Shown: positions 49,153-63,651, counted from the first letter of the whole stretch. The stretch: DNA of 63,952 nucleotides, filler included, from Hyphochytrium catenoides (GCA_900088475.1; 10 parts of 10 records of this genome joined end to end with filler, not necessarily neighbours in it); one strand, 5' to 3'. The notes: generated by a model not told the origin, from the letters alone. Made by a program: numbers and translations.

Positions 49153-50571
49153 CTACTCCGGAAGCAGAGCTTCGAAATCTGGGGTGATTACAATTTGCTT
49201 TGCAATTGGTCCAAGGGTACTGAACTGCTGTTCTGTCTTATCAATGCAGACAACCTCCTGTGATAGGGCGGAGGGAATGCCAGAGCTCACATCGAAGGGT
49301 GTGGAACCCAGCATGAGCGAAACTCTGGGTTGCAAGACACAATGGCGAGAACGAGATGAAAAGAGAAGAAGCAGGAAGACAATGAGGGTGTGGAATATGA
49401 CGAGGAGGATGCAGAAGCCACATAATTCCATGTCGGATTCTTTAGATGAAGCCGGAGTGGCCGAGAGTGATGCAAGGAGTAGACAGACCACCATTACAGA
49501 AGACAGTGGTTCTCAGGGACAGCGTCGGGAAGTAGGAGCAAGATGTAGGACGGGAAGTTTATCAAAAGAGCAACGTGACGGAAGACAGACGACGTCCAAG
49601 CGAGGCACAAAGTAGGTAGTTATAATGAGAGAAGACGACAACACGCTTCAGACTAGGTCCTACCTGCCCGATCTGTGAATGCGCAGTTTCCCGAGTACTC
49701 CAGCTGGCATCTTCTTCAAAGTGTCATCAAAGTTCTTTCTCCCTGTGGACCCACTGCCTTCTTCTCCCGCTCCTCCGGCTGGTTTGCCTTCCTCAGCCTT
49801 AACGTCTTTCATCTCCGCCTCACCTGCGGTTGTCTGATTGGCCGTGGCCGGAGGAGTGAAGGGAAGGCGGGTCGGTAGCTGCACGAGGAAGATGCTGTCG
49901 TCTGGTAACTGGTTTCCATCCTGCATTGTCGAAGGTTGAGGGGATAAAGCGTTAGATAAGTTCTATACGTAGCCTGTCTTATGCAAAATACAAGCAACTT
50001 GGTATGGGCCAGTCGCGCACATAGTACCACAGCAAAGAGCTACCAACACAATAAAGGCGACGACTTCGTCTATCTCTTCCCCCTCTTTCAAGACCTACCT
50101 CGTCCTCAAACACCGGAGCTGTCATCTCTGCCATAGCAGCGGCAGTTCCCAAACCTCTGCCGGTCCTCCGAGACAAGGGGAGGACCATAGGCTGAAACCT
50201 CGAAGTAACCGGCGGAGGCCACTAGAGCGTTGGGAAGGCTTATCAGATAACGTCAAGGGGAACAAGCAGGAAGGAGTTGGCAAGGGCTGACAATTGGGCT
50301 ACTTCAGCAGGTTGAGGCTCCATCGCTGCATTAAGGGCAAATCGCAGCGATGGAAAGAAGGAAACCTGGAAGAATGAGGCGCAGACCAGGGTGGGGAAGG
50401 GAAATGATAGAAACGACGCAGATTGGTCTAAGGAATAATTGAGATGGTACCTGGTCCTCAATATCCATTGCATCTCTCTGGGCCATTCTCTTCTGGAAGA
50501 GCTCTACATCTTCGTCCTCTTCTCCACGTAAAACACTAATTCCGTCGGCACCGGTCGCCGGTCGAGCAGGA
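49153..50571 (-). CDS. POLR3D: RNA polymerase III subunit RPC4/C53, 5'-truncated
   Basis: FLVQLPTRLP, MPAGVLGKLRIHRSGR|VSLMLGSTPFDVSSG...QEVV...LGPIAKQIVITPDFEALL; TAG stop. Confidence 0.9.
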
Positions 50572-51717
50572 NNNNNNNNNNNNNNNNNNNNNNNNNNNNN
50601 NNNNNNNNNNNNNNNTTAATTAATTAANNNNNNNNNNNNNNNNNNNNNNNNNNNNNNNNNNNNNNNNNNNNCTATGATCCCGACCACGAAGTAAATTTCC
50701 TGGGTGAGTATGGGATCGAAGGCCCCATATTGTCGAGTCGTGATGGGGTCTGGCCTCTCCACGCTCATCGTGCGATGTCTTAGAGCTCACGTCCGCCTGT
50801 GAGGACTAGCAGACTAATGGAGAAGAGTGCCAGACCAATTGTACGCACCCAGATCTGAGGGATTCCGGGGAGGCAATTGTAAACGATAAGCTTCAGTCTG
50901 AGGCTTTCGCGTGGCGCACCGATTTCGGCACAAGAGACCTTTCGCCGCCAGAGCGTGCAAGACACTCTTGCTTTGCCTCTCACTATCCAGGTAGTGTTGC
51001 CCTCGATGGCAAGTAAGGCAAGTTCTCTGCTTCTCTCGGTGCCTTGCTTGCGAACTGTCTGGACTTCAAACTTCTTTCAATAGAAAGCTTGTTCAGAGTC
51101 TGGTCTGGTCATGTCTCGACGGATCTTGCCTGACAATCCTTCAGTGCTGGATGCTGGACGAAGGAATCTGTCTGTTGCCGGCTAATGTCGTGCCTTTTTG
51201 ATGCCTCACTCTTCCTCACTTTTTCTTCCATTTCCGGTGGTTTCTCATTGATTGTTTGTGTCCCACACCGCTCACCATGGTCACCATTCTGAAGATTATT
51301 GAGGAAGAGAGAGAGCGTAAGTCTCCCTTTCATGCATGCTTCTCTCTCTTCACTCCGTTCTCTCTCTTCAGTCCGTTCTCTTCTCTCTCCCTGTCCGGCT
51401 GTGCTCACTTCTTCCTCGTCCTCCCTCTGCCTCGCTATAGAGTCTCTCTCTTTCACTTGCAGAAGCATTGTTCCTTGCTGTCTTACGTGTCCCTGCACCG
51501 CACACGTTGAAAGTACTCAGTGGGTCCTTCCTCTCGCTTTCTCTCGGGTTTGCAGCAGACTTTCACCTGCTTCTTAGGTTGTTCACCGTTAGCGCTGACT
51601 GGGTCTGCTCATGCGGAGGGCTGACCAACAAGGGAAGAGAGAGAGCTACTCCTGTCCTATCCCAACCCATCGATTCTGAGCTCTGGATTGCCTTTCAACC
51701 GACGCTTTCCTTGACCG

Positions 51718-52022
51718 ATGGCGAACCAGGACCAGTGGACGCTGGATCGCTGCCGAGCCCTTCTGCAGGATCAAAGGCCTGGGCAGGATATGCACGATAA
51801 AGCGTAAGAACGGGGACATGCGGAGTTAGAGCGCGCAAAGCGGGAGATGGGGAAGTAAAAAGGGGGTTGTCCAAGGCTACAGAACAAGATGGAAGGCCAG
51901 CACAGATGGAGGAGCAAAGTTGAAGAGGAAGCCACGATTGAGCAGGCGGGACTGCGAGAGCGCCAATCTTTCCATATCCCTTTCTCTCCTTCTCTCTCTC
52001 TCACTCCTCCCTCTCCTCTCCC

Positions 52023-52053
<31 letters not shown>

Positions 52054-55000
52054 TCTCTCTCTCACTCTCTCTCTCTCTCTCTTGTGGTTTTGCACTTGCG
52101 CTTCTTCTTCTCTGTCCCTCGTCTCACCCGCCTGCTTCTTTGTCTTCTTCAAAGGTACGCTGCATCAGGAGTTTTTGAAGCTTGGTATGAGATTGCCAAA
52201 AAGTACGCCAAGGGCGAGCTGGAAGGCGGTCAGTACTGCCTCTCCTGATGATTGACCACCCTCTTAATGCTCGCCGCAACTCACCGCGGTCTTCTCTCAA
52301 AATAGCCCAGCTCATCTGCTCTGTCTCTCTCTTACTTTTTGAAGGCAAGGATGAAATGGATTTGAAGACCTTGGAGACGCTGCAACTTCTCTTCCTTGTC
52401 GGCTTGCCCGGCAACTACTTTATACAACCCTCAGCTGATACATACGTCATAAGGTTGTCTGAACCCGGAGAGGCTTTCTTTCTTCTGGCTCCCTCTCCTC
52501 TCCTGCTTCTTGCTTTCTAGCTCTTGTTCACTCTCTCTCTCTCGGTTTCTAGCTCTCTTTCTCTTCTCCCGTGTTTTACAAGTTCCGCATCCTCATTTGT
52601 TTGCTTCCCTTGCCTTCTCCTATAGAACCAGAATGCTTCTCGCTTCCTCCCGTCCACCGCACTCACTCTCTGACTCCCGCGATCACTGTCTTAGAAATCT
52701 ATTGGATGGCATAGAGCGTATCACTGATATTTTTACTCGGAAACCTAAGTTCACGGTGATTCTTGTCGAGGAACCCGTAGCTCAGAAGTCATTGCATTGG
52801 CTAGGGCAGGAAGGCGCCCCGAGACTGCTGCAGGCTGCGACTTGTGATGCGGTAAGAGTGAAAGGACGTTGACCTGGAAGAAGAGTCCTACGGGAAAAGC
52901 AAGGACGCTGACGGGTAATGTCTAGGTTGTCCTTTCTTTACGAGTCCTTCTATTGCAGACAATACAAGCCATTCTAACGCTGGCGTTCGAGTTGACGCGG
53001 GAGCATCACAACGTTATGACTAGCCCTTGGATCGCGCTTGACCTTTCTGCTCTTGTCGTGCTTGGTGCGAAGGTCTGCCGTGAATGACATTTTGCTGAAC
53101 TTTACGCTTTTAATATCTTTGCTCCTCAAAGCCGCACGTTTTGCTTATGCTTGCTATCTGGCACTTATACGTGACAACTAGCCTTCTCTGTGAAATTGTT
53201 TGACTCCCATCCCCTATGTACTCACGTTATGCACGGTGTGGACCTCCGTCGGCTCAACCGCGCCAATTGTGATGGTTCCCATGTTTAGAACTCCTTCCTC
53301 TAATCTGGTCCTGTCTGTCATAAGGTGGACTTGGACAGCATGCTGCGCACTGCAGCGTTAGACTGTCTGCAGGTTATAGCAGAAACGAGAGAAGCGGTTG
53401 TGGTCTCTGCTTTTCGCTGTCCTTCAGAAGCCCTCGTCCAAAGAGCTGCCGACCGCCTGGCTCTGGAGCGTTTACTGCTGCTAGGAGGGCTGAAGAACCC
53501 AAAGACTACAACTGCCCTCCTAACGAACATAAAGCGGGCTCAGAGGGACAAGAATAGAGCATTCATCTTCAATTTGCTGTAAGAGCTCCCGCTACTGATC
53601 TGAACCTTAAGTTTTCCTACGGCAAAAGAACTATACATTCTCCCAAATGTGTGTTTCTTCTCATCATTTCCTGCTGACGAGCATTCGCGCTGAGTTCCCG
53701 TGGCTTTCGACGATGGCCTCACACAATCTTCTTCCTTTGCTGTTATGCTCTCGTACGCCAGTGAAGCGTTGTACCACGCAATGCTAAACAATCAGACGGG
53801 CTTCACGACTCTAGCGAACAGCGTGATAGAAAAGACGGGCATAAAGCTTCAAAGCCTGTTCAACCCAACGGAGCAACTGCCTGCTATCTATGAAGTAATA
53901 GAGTTGTGTGACATGGAGGATAGACTGTAAGAGATCCCAATGTACTTCAGTCGGTCACATCCACTATTATGCAGCCTGCTCTATCCTCTAGACTTGCCCG
54001 TGTTCCGCTTTACGGAAGTATTAGTGCCTCATGGTGTGACAACTCTTTCTTCTAATGTACGTCTTCTTTTAGGGATCCAGAGCTTGAAGAGGACAATTCG
54101 GAGCGTCCGGAGCATCTTCTGAACATCTGGGAGTTTTTGTCTAACGCTTTTCCAGAGGAAGAACGTCTAGTTCAATTCGCCCTTGCGAGACCGACAGTAA
54201 AAGTGAGTTAAGAGAACATGGCGGAGATTCCCGAGGACTTCTAGTACAAATTTTTCTGACTCTACGCGCTTATTGTATGTTTGCCAATGCTCTCAAAAGT
54301 CGTTATCAAGGATTGAGTCCATCGCAGCAGTGTATCCGGAGAAAATATGGATAAACATATTGCTTACCTTCGTCAGGTAGGCGGCTTCTATCCTCAGTTT
54401 CAACCATTATGAGAGCGCCGTTTTCGATGGTTTCTTTTGAGAGGGACTCGAAGCGTTAGTTGCGCCTTATGCACGGTCCTATCTGTCAAACATGTTCTTG
54501 TCTGTCGGTGACAGACGCTACACAGTGCGGTCTTGTAGGTGTATACAACAAGCTAGGGCTCTTGTTCTTTCACTCAATAGACGAACGTCCTCCTTCTTTT
54601 CCTGCTCCCTAGGGATGAGCTTGATAAGATGCCCCTATCCGTGACGGGACTTCAACGCGACCAACATGTTATCTACCTATTAAGGGAATGTTGCCGCATT
54701 TTTTACATTTCCCAGGAAAACCTTCCCAGCCCAGACTTGGGGAGAAATGTGTTCGTTACTTTATTGAGGGCAATACAGCATGGGTACGTTTTGGAAGGTG
54801 CAAGCGTGCAGGGCTTTGATTAATGCTCTTGCGGGTCGGCTAAGTTTATCAGTACTCTTTCTTGTTCCTTTGAAGGGGCCTAGCTCTACAGACTTCTATC
54901 TCTTTCTTTTGCAACTTAACATAGTGCTACCATAGGTATTATACAACTGAGGGGTTCTGCGACATCGGCAGTGAGATCGTCTGCTATCACTACGCGGCTG

Positions 55001-58000
55001 GACATCCCGCAGCTATCAATTGGCTAGCTCTCACACTTAGCCCTCTTCTTGCGAGGGACAGGAAGGTAGAGGGCGATGTTCTGCGTACATTCTATTGCCA
55101 ACCCTCTCCCTTTCTGCCTTGGATTTTGTTGCTAACCTGCGGTACGTCAACCGTACTGTGTCTCGTCTTCCCTAGACTCAAAATGCTCTAAGCGATATGC
55201 TAATGACGCTTCTGGGATTGGAGTCGTCCTCTTTCGGCGTGGGTGCTCTTTCTTCCTTCAGGCCTAAAGACGAATTTTTTTTGGAGGACGTATGCGTAGC
55301 CCTTGCAATGTGAGACTAAGACTGATATGACATAATGATGCTCCGCTCAATCCACAGCTCTGCACTCCCTCTTCTCAATAAACATAGCGCACAGCAGCTT
55401 CCTTGCATATGTAGTTCCCGAGGTTGAATGACTTTCAGCTGAACAATTGCTCCCTACTCCTGTCATCCAGTGCTCACTCCAACGCCCGGGATGAATTTTG
55501 GACTTCACTCTTTACAGTGTACTACGACTTTCTTAGAAGGCAGAGGAGGGCTGTGGATGTGTTGCTGCGGTCTATTGAGGTACACACAGAAGATGGTGGT
55601 CATGATTTCGTATGACTATTGACTGACAATCCTTCTCGATGCAACCTAGAGTTATTGATGTATGTAAGGATCAAAAATGGCTCGTCTCTCCATGCTCTCC
55701 TCTGTGTACACCCTTACTTAGATAACGTCTAGTGATGGTGCTACGTACTGACCCGCTAACTTGGCCTCATTGTGGTTCGCCTCAACTCTATTCCTCTTTC
55801 CGGTATCGGTCGCACCAATTAGGCGGAACTGGACTCTATGATCGCCTCGGCCCAATACGACCTAGAGCGTCTGGAATCCTTGGCAAATCTAGTCTCGGCT
55901 ATTACAGCGCATCCATCTCCAGACCGTTCATCAACTCTTTTTGAAGTGACGCTAAAGTTAGCAAATATCCACCCAGAGGGCGAAACACTGCGATTCGACT
56001 ATATGCTGGCGCACATAGTGGAGAATGTTACCAGGAGGGACGAGCTCCCTTTCAGCAAGGTAAGCGACGTCTTCACCGTCATTATAGCCTCATGGCAGAC
56101 TGATTATCATATTTGGGCACAAGGAACTTAATCTCGATTGTCTCACTTCTTGTCTTGTTTCTGCTTCATGTCAGCTGGCAATAGAAAATGCGCTGAGGAC
56201 AGCTGGGTTGCACACCCGCTGCGAACTGGCACGATTAGTGCCTCATATGTGCCTCTTGGTGCGTCAACGCTCTCACTTGAGACCCTATTCCGTTTTGCCG
56301 ACTGTGCCTTTTTCGCCGTAAACTTTGCCAAATTTGCGGCTACTTTGCGCTATGCTCGTTAGTTTGCCATTTTTTCAAGCCCAGAGAAATTAGTCCGTTG
56401 TTCTGGGCTTGAAGGCTTGGCCCTTCTTGCATTAGCCCAACTGGCCTTCTGCTTCCTGACTCTCTTCTAAATCTAGGATCCTGATCCCGATGTGCGCATC
56501 TGCGCCATGGAAACAATGGAATGCAATCCGGAACTATTGCCTCTCTACGCCCCTAGGATCCTTGAGAGCTGTATGAAGACACATTCAACGTAGGCAGCCC
56601 TTACCCTCATTTTGAGTGCCTATTCTCGTCAGCACTGTCGAGCTTACAGATCCCTCATTAACGACGATCACCGGCTTATCGCTTTTCTCTTGCAGTGGTC
56701 GGGTTCGCTCGGAAGACGACTCAGAGCGCATTGGACTCAGTAACCAAACACTCGCACTTACTGCGGCCTCCCTGCTTGGAGAGGTCGCTGTCCGGCACCC
56801 TCCAGCCCTCGTGCCAGCGACGATGTACCTCGTTAGCTCCGTCGAAGGTGCGCCAAAAGTGACTTAGCCTTTAGACCTTTCGGTGCTTGACCGGCCAGTC
56901 ATGACATCTCTCCAAAATCACCCGCTGTCCACAACAACTTCCCGTCGTATTCTTTCTGTCTTCAACAGACAGGTGGTACTCCCTGAGCTCGTGTCTTTTA
57001 AGTGTGCAAAGCTCTTTCTGACATCTTCCCTGGACATTTTTATGGACGTACCTCGTCAAATGAATGACTCCTGCTATTTTCCATATTCTTGCTTCTAACC
57101 GCTGGCTATTGCATACCCTAAAGGCTGTGCAAGAAACAATGACTCGCTCAACGAGGTGCCGAAAGTGTTTATCAGCAGTTTTCGACGGATCGCGAAGGAT
57201 GGGAGTAGGAAGGAATTGCGTCGGTTGTTGTTGACGGATGAAGGACTGCATGCGTTGCCATTCCTGGTCGGAGCCTCTTTTAAGTGTTCATTCCTTGCTG
57301 TCTCTGGTAGCTGTCTCTTCGTGTGCACCCGGTCTGGGTCCCGATCCAGTTATTGGGCCGTAGGCTGGAGCTTCATGCCTCCTATTCATATACATTGCAG
57401 CGTCTAGACTCCTCCTTCCATGTTCCCGTAACCGAGATTTGGCATGACCCTCGTCGCATTTCCTTTGCCGCCCTTTCGATTAATGAATCTTCCTGCTCTC
57501 CTGCATTACCTTAACCAGATGAGTCTAGCTTCCGAGTGGGGCTATCTGGCTGAGCAAATGGCGCAAGATGGACTCCTCCAAGAAACCGACGACCTAGTGC
57601 AGTCTGTCGTTCCGGGTCTGTAGCACAATAATGCCTTACTTAAGACCCCTGGACCCCATCGACTCCCTCCCACTTCGGTCTTTGATGGTTCCTCCTTTTG
57701 CGTGAGTTGCTAGATTCTCTTTTGACTTCTCCATCTCTCCTGTCAGGTCGGCTTCGCACCCGTCGCTTCTATAGGACTGCAGCTGGAGACACAGCATTAA
57801 TGGACGTAGATATTCTAGACGTCGGATCCCAGCAGTCAGTTGATGCCGCTAATGTAAGACTTGTTTCGGCTTCTTCTCCAATGAGTGCGCTTAACCTTCC
57901 TCATCCATGGTCCCTGGTGATAATTATGAGGCATTTTACATAGTAATGGATGTTGTTTCCGGCTATCGTCTTTCATTCTCTCCGCCGTTGATGGTAGCTG

Positions 58001-59533
58001 TGTCTTCGTCTGAATTTCTGTCCGTAGGAGTTTAATCTATTGCTGGATTTATACCAACGTGACGATCTGGTGGGCGCAGTCAACGTAGCTTGCCATTTGC
58101 AAACTGCGGCAGCTGCGCTGTTTAACTCCAACCACGTTCGAGAGATAGTCGAAGAGGTAAGTGCAAGTCGTTTAACCCTCTTTTGCTCCTGCTGTATGTA
58201 AATGTGTCCACTCGGTTCTCTTTCTTTCTGTGTTCATCAATATATGCTACCTCAGCATTCCCCTAAAACTTGTCTGTTCCTGCTTTGGATTTCAGCAACT
58301 TGTCCCCAAGGTAGTGCATAAATTGCTCCCGGAGCCAGAGTGGGGTCCAGATCACTGCCCGCTTTTCAAAGCCGATGACTTGGCGCAGTATGACCGCTGG
58401 CAGACTCTTTTCAAACAATTAAAAGTACGTATGTGGCAGAAAAGTACTGCCCTTCCTGGATGGCTTTTCTCGTTATAAGGCTTTTTCATTCTTTCTTTCC
58501 CTGCATAATCGTGAGCGGACAGAGCACTGCTACTCCCCAGCGCTTACTGTCAATGTGTTTTTTATTCCTAGTTTGCTATGCTCTGACAGATGCTTCGCGT
58601 TCTCCCATCTGTTACCTTTAGGTACTCTGCGGACCAGAGGCTGCTGCGTCTTTTTGCTGTGGCGAGCGGCTGTTAGACCTTCAGTTGGCCCTGGTGGTGC
58701 AGCTTTTATCTAGAAACCTACAAAGCGGAGGGGTTGATATCGCTCGCCAATTCATAAGGAAGAATGATATTCGATCTCCCGTCATCTTCGGCCTGCTGGA
58801 GAGAATAGGAGACGACCCCAAGAGGGCAATGGTCAGTAGTAGGGCCGGTCACAGCTACTACTCTCTCCTAAGTCGTGGCAAGCTTAAGTGAAATCTGGGA
58901 GTGTGGCGAAGCGCAGATGAGGAACTGAACACGATGTAAATTGTAGCGCTCAGCTTATCTTACTTGTTTGGCTTTTGTAGGCGTCGATTCGGGAGTATCT
59001 TGCAAACTACAGAGCAGCCAGAGACCAGATGGAGGAGAGGAAGGTAGACATGAGCGTCCTTCTTTTTTTTTCTTCACAAATTCGCGACTTTGTCGCATTC
59101 CTCTCGAGCAGCAGCTCTTGGTGCAGGTACCTAACCCCAGCCCGTGTGGTAGATCCGATATGATACTGTTCGCCCGGCTGGTCAACTTCCCTTTTGTGAC
59201 CAAACTGGGGAGCATCCATCTCCTCCATCTGCTGATAAACCCTGGCTCGAGAGCAAGACAAGTCCATGGAAGATACTAGCAGACCGTACTGGCCTCTCGT
59301 CCGAGCGAAACGTTTCAGCTCAGGCTCCGTACACCCTTCCCCTGGTCCCACAAGCTGCGGCTGTGCCTGCCCTTCCTATTGCCGTTCCAATTACCATGGG
59401 GGGGCTCCCACTAACCATTGAAAGCATCCAAGCTTTAGAGGAAGAAGACAGTAACCTTCAGCGGGAAGAAGGAAAAGATGAACGCCAGTCACTTCTTCGC
59501 AGGCGCCGAACAACAGACAAGAAGAGACACTGA
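51718..59533 (+). CDS. Large multi-exon (>20) alpha-helical/HEAT-like protein of unknown function
   Basis: Phase-consistent exon chain traced from MANQDQWTLDRCRALLQD through most of the span; HEAT-like DPDPDVRICAME; last exon open to TGA at 59531-33. Confidence 0.75.
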
Positions 59534-59706
59534 ACCCTCTCCTAGTTTTCTTTTTATTATGTATCTCTCCCACAACATTGCTGCTAGACTGTCTCGGTCG
59601 CAGATGTCCCTTACATATAATGAGCAGAATGTGGTCCCCTCTAGAGACAGGTTTGTCACGTATTATAAGGAATAAATAGTAAGTGTTCGCGAGAGTAACG
59701 TAGTCC

Positions 59707-60240
59707 CTACAGCTCGTACGAGGCATCGGAATCAATGTCGTCTGCAGGCATTGGCAGCCTGTACTCACACTCGGGAAATGCTTTGCGGATATCTCTGATC
59801 CATGAGAACATGTCAGCGTCCGAAGCGGCGGAGAGAAGTAGCCTTCTAAGCCCTGTGTTGATGGCAAACCGCCAGACTGTAGATTTGCTGCTTCCGGTCT
59901 TCTTAGAGTCCTCCGGTAAAATTTCTATTGAACCGTAACTGCAGTGGGAGATGTCAAGCTAGAGAAGATGGAGACAAAAGTCAGGGTCGTGTTCCAGCGA
60001 TCGCTCCATTAAAACACGTACCTTTCCCTTTATCTCTCCTCCCTTCTCCACGTAATATTCAATAACACCCTTGCGAAGCATAAAGTATCGCTCTTTCCAG
60101 TTCTTTCGATGTAGCGGGCCACCTTGGCCTTGTTTCCATAAGACGCCTTCTCTTATAATGATCCTATTCTCATCATATATCTCGTCCTCGGGTCCTCCAG
60201 ATGCGGGTTGGCTGCGCATCATCAGCGTGTCGGTAGCCAT
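59707..60240 (-). CDS. Small PH-domain protein (156 aa); exons 60240-60022 and 59958-59707
   Basis: IIREGVLWKQGQGG...KNWKERYFML...IEYY...KGK|LDI...WRFAINT..RRLLLSAAS..DMFSWIRDIRKA. Confidence 0.92.
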
Positions 60241-60622
60241 AATAGTCGCAGGGAGACCGGAGTCAGCGATGTTTCCCGCGTTCTAAGTTATTGGTGAAAT
60301 CCTAGCTCTTCCCCACTCTGGGTTTTCCTTGTCGCCATGCCTCAGCTATTCACTCAGAAGATGCAGCTCATACACGAGATCAAGCNNNNNNNNNNNNNNN
60401 NNNNNNNNNNNNNNNNNNNNNNNNNNNNNTTAATTAATTAANNNNNNNNNNNNNNNNNNNNNNNNNNNNNNNNNNNNNNNNNNNNGAGAGAGAGAGAGAA
60501 AATGAAGAAGAAGGCATGAAAGAAAGGGAAGGAGAAAAAGACCATGAAGAGAGAGAGGAAACACATTGAAGAGAGACATAGCGACACAAAGAGACGCTTA
60601 AAGACGAGAGAGAAGGAGAGAG

Positions 60623-60662
<40 letters not shown>

Positions 60663-60668
60663 TGCCAC

Positions 60669-61395
60669 CTGAAGTTGGGCGATCATATTCTTGAGTTCGA
60701 TAACTTTGACCACACTGCCCACAAATGTCAAGAGAAGAAAGAGAGAGAAGGGAATAGGACGAGAAGAAGAGTCAGAAACAGGAAAAAAGAGATGAGGAGA
60801 GAGAGAAAGTGAGACAAGAGCGAGAGGGAGAGAGAGAACTAAGTAGAGAGAGAGAGTGAGAGGAAGACTGGGAGAAGAGGAGAGAAGACGACTACGCTAA
60901 CTATAAGGCGAGAGCAAGAGCGAAGGAACGCACGACGCGGAAATAGAAATGAGTAGAGACGACCACAGAGAAAGATCATGACACATAAGGGGAGGAGAGA
61001 GAGAAAGAGAGAGAGAGAGAGCCATCCACCTTCCGTCCTCCTCTAGCTCCTTCACTCTTCGCTTCAATCTCGCTATTTCCGAAAAAGATCTATTGTCCCG
61101 AGACTTGCCTCTCTTTTCCTTCTCTCTCTTCGCTTCCTCCCCTGAAGAAAGTCTTCCGTTCTCTCTCTCTTCTAAGGCACTTCTAGTATCTAATCTCTCT
61201 GCTTCCTCCGTGAACTCTGGCAGATTTTCTTCTCCTGGGACATCTCTCTTTCTCTCTCTCTCTTCTTCACTTTCTCTCTCTCTCAGTCTCTGCGCAGTGA
61301 GTGCGAGCTGTTGTCTGGCATCCCCCAGAAGCCGCTGGAGAGTGATGAGGCGGTCTCTGTAGTGCGCCTCTGAAGACCTCAAGGCGGAGACCAAC

Positions 61396-61431
<36 letters not shown>

Positions 61432-61794
61432 CCAAGCGTGTGAGAGAGCGATAGCAGGAAGACAACGCGGCGAGAGAGACAGAAAGAGAGCACCAGATTG
61501 ACGTTTTGATTAAAGGAGAGGGAACAGTGATCAGATAGACAGCAAGGTTGTGGGACGGGTACGAGAGGTAGAGACGAAAGAAGGCAGCGGACAGAGAGAG
61601 AGAGAATGAAGGGACATCGGATCAAACCAAAGGACGCGCAAGAGCCGCAGACAGAGGAGAGAAGGGAAAAGGAAAGACAGTGAGGGAGACAGTGAGGAAA
61701 AGAAAGGGAGATATAAGTAGAGGAAGAGAGAGAGAAAAAGAAAGAGAAAAAAAGCGTCCCCAAGGTTCACCTCTGCTGCTTTCGCCCTCGTAGG
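60669..61794 (-). CDS. Internal exons of a coiled-coil hypothetical protein
   Basis: Exon ~61398-61030 LLVSALRSSEAHYRDRLITLQRLL...EIARLKRRVKELEEDGR and exon KVIELKNMIAQLQ with canonical splice sites. Confidence 0.6.
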
Positions 61795-63603
61795 NNNNNN
61801 NNNNNNNNNNNNNNNNNNNNNNNNNNNNNNNNNNNNNNTTAATTAATTAANNNNNNNNNNNNNNNNNNNNNNNNNNNNNNNNNNNNNNNNNNNNCTCTCT
61901 CTCTCTCTTCGGTCTACTTTGCTCCCGCTCTTTCGCTGGCTTCCTCCTCCTTTGCTCTAGAGTACTGTTTTATTCATTCTTTAATGACTATTTTCTCAGC
62001 TTTTGTTCACAGTTAACGAGCCTTCCATCACACAGCAGCTTAGATCTAATTTTTTTATAAAATGTTCATATCATTTTTCAGTTGATGTGGCCTTGATGTT
62101 CAAGAAACTAGTAGAGAGTGTGAAATCGACTACTGTTTGAAGAAGATGAAGAGAAGCAAATATGTACTACGAAGCAACAAAAGAGAATGGAGAAAGAGCT
62201 AGAATAGGCCGAAAAGAAGGAAGATCAGAGCAGCAGGACCATTATATCATTTGTATTCCGGTTTTTGTGCGTGACAAAAATTCGAGAACTAAAGGTTATC
62301 AGTATACTGGTTATTAGTTATTTGATTTCTTCAATCTGGTACTGACATCTATCCTGTGATCCTGTGCGAAGCAATAAAAGTTGATGAAGAAGCAATGGAT
62401 AGAGAAAACGAGGTGAAGAGGAAGAGCTCAAGAAGTCTTAGGGATCGTACAGGTTCAGTTCCCTCTTAAAAGTACAGAAGGATAGTAGCTACTAGCTCAT
62501 CAGTGATTATAGAGGGAGAACCAGAAAGAAGGTAACGAGAGGCAACAGAACAATGACTTATTTAGTAGTACCTGACATAGTTGATGTGACTGCTGGTGGA
62601 GGGTGGTATACGCATCAGAAGATTGATTGTTTCCGAGTGTCGTGTCCTCATAAATGAATGATCCCAGAGAGACAACAGGTGTGAAGGCGTGGTAGAGCCC
62701 TCATAGGAGGTGCAAGGCTCCTGCATGTCATAATATTATTCTTGTAATATTATCACGACGGCAGGTGAAGCGATGCTTCTTCCTCTCTTCACAAGCGGTT
62801 TTTAATTTGATGAGACACATCATCAAGATGACGGCCCCTCGCTCCCACCAAGTGATCCAACTAAGGAGGCGGAAGGAAACGTGAGCACGACAACTCGACG
62901 CCCTTCGAAAACCCTGATCTTCATACTTGTAAATGACCCTCCTGTTGTCCCTAGACCGCTTGAGCTGCTTCTCATTATCATTCAACTAAATTTTGCGGTG
63001 AGTCCTTCGTTAGTGGCTCCTCATTCTTCATCCCTTCTGCTATGCGCTATATCTGAAATGGTTAAGTCGAGAAGTAAGGCCGAACCAACAACATCTTCAC
63101 TTTTCAGGTGGTACAACCCGGAGGAGGAAGAGGAAGAAGATGAGAATCAAGAGGAGATAATACTTCTGCTCCACCGACGAGTGGCTCTTCCCACCGCCAT
63201 CAATCAGAGGACGACGACAGTGGCGTCGAAGAAGAACCACCGCATGAAAGCGAAGAATGTGTCTTTTTGAAGGGTTTGCTGCTGGTGGTGGTGCGTGACA
63301 TCTTCTTCTTCTCCACCTCACCTCTTCTTCTTCCTCCTGTCAGAGTATCAGCGTTCGTAGCTTAGGGTACTAGAGCTTTATTATAGAGATAGCTTTTCCT
63401 CCTTCCACCGGTGGTAGTAGTGTAACCTACCATCATCATCATTTACTCTTCTGCTTCCCGTGCATAGTTCCAAGTCCTTGGATAATAGTACTTGTACCTG
63501 ACTACTTGTACTTGGTGGTTAACTGAAGGAAACGTTCCAAAAATCTATTTGTGCTCCTTCAGTTGTACAGGCAACGAAAAAAAAATTACCCTTAAGAATT
63601 ATT

Positions 63604-63651
63604 TCATTCTTTCATCTGGCGTTGAAAGGTTTCCGGCGGTTTCACCACCTG
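63604..63651 (-). CDS. Probable terminal exon of a gene extending beyond the window
   Basis: A (CT)-rich intron ending in cag precedes (Q)VVKPPETFQRQMKE*. Confidence 0.3.
   Translation of the reverse strand, partial: QVVKPPETFQRQMKE

Noticed and set aside
50672-51260. Possible minus-strand exons (perhaps the 5' part of POLR3D or another gene)
   Set aside because: No consistent, recognisable reading frame could be built, and the region is separated from POLR3D by an artificial linker.
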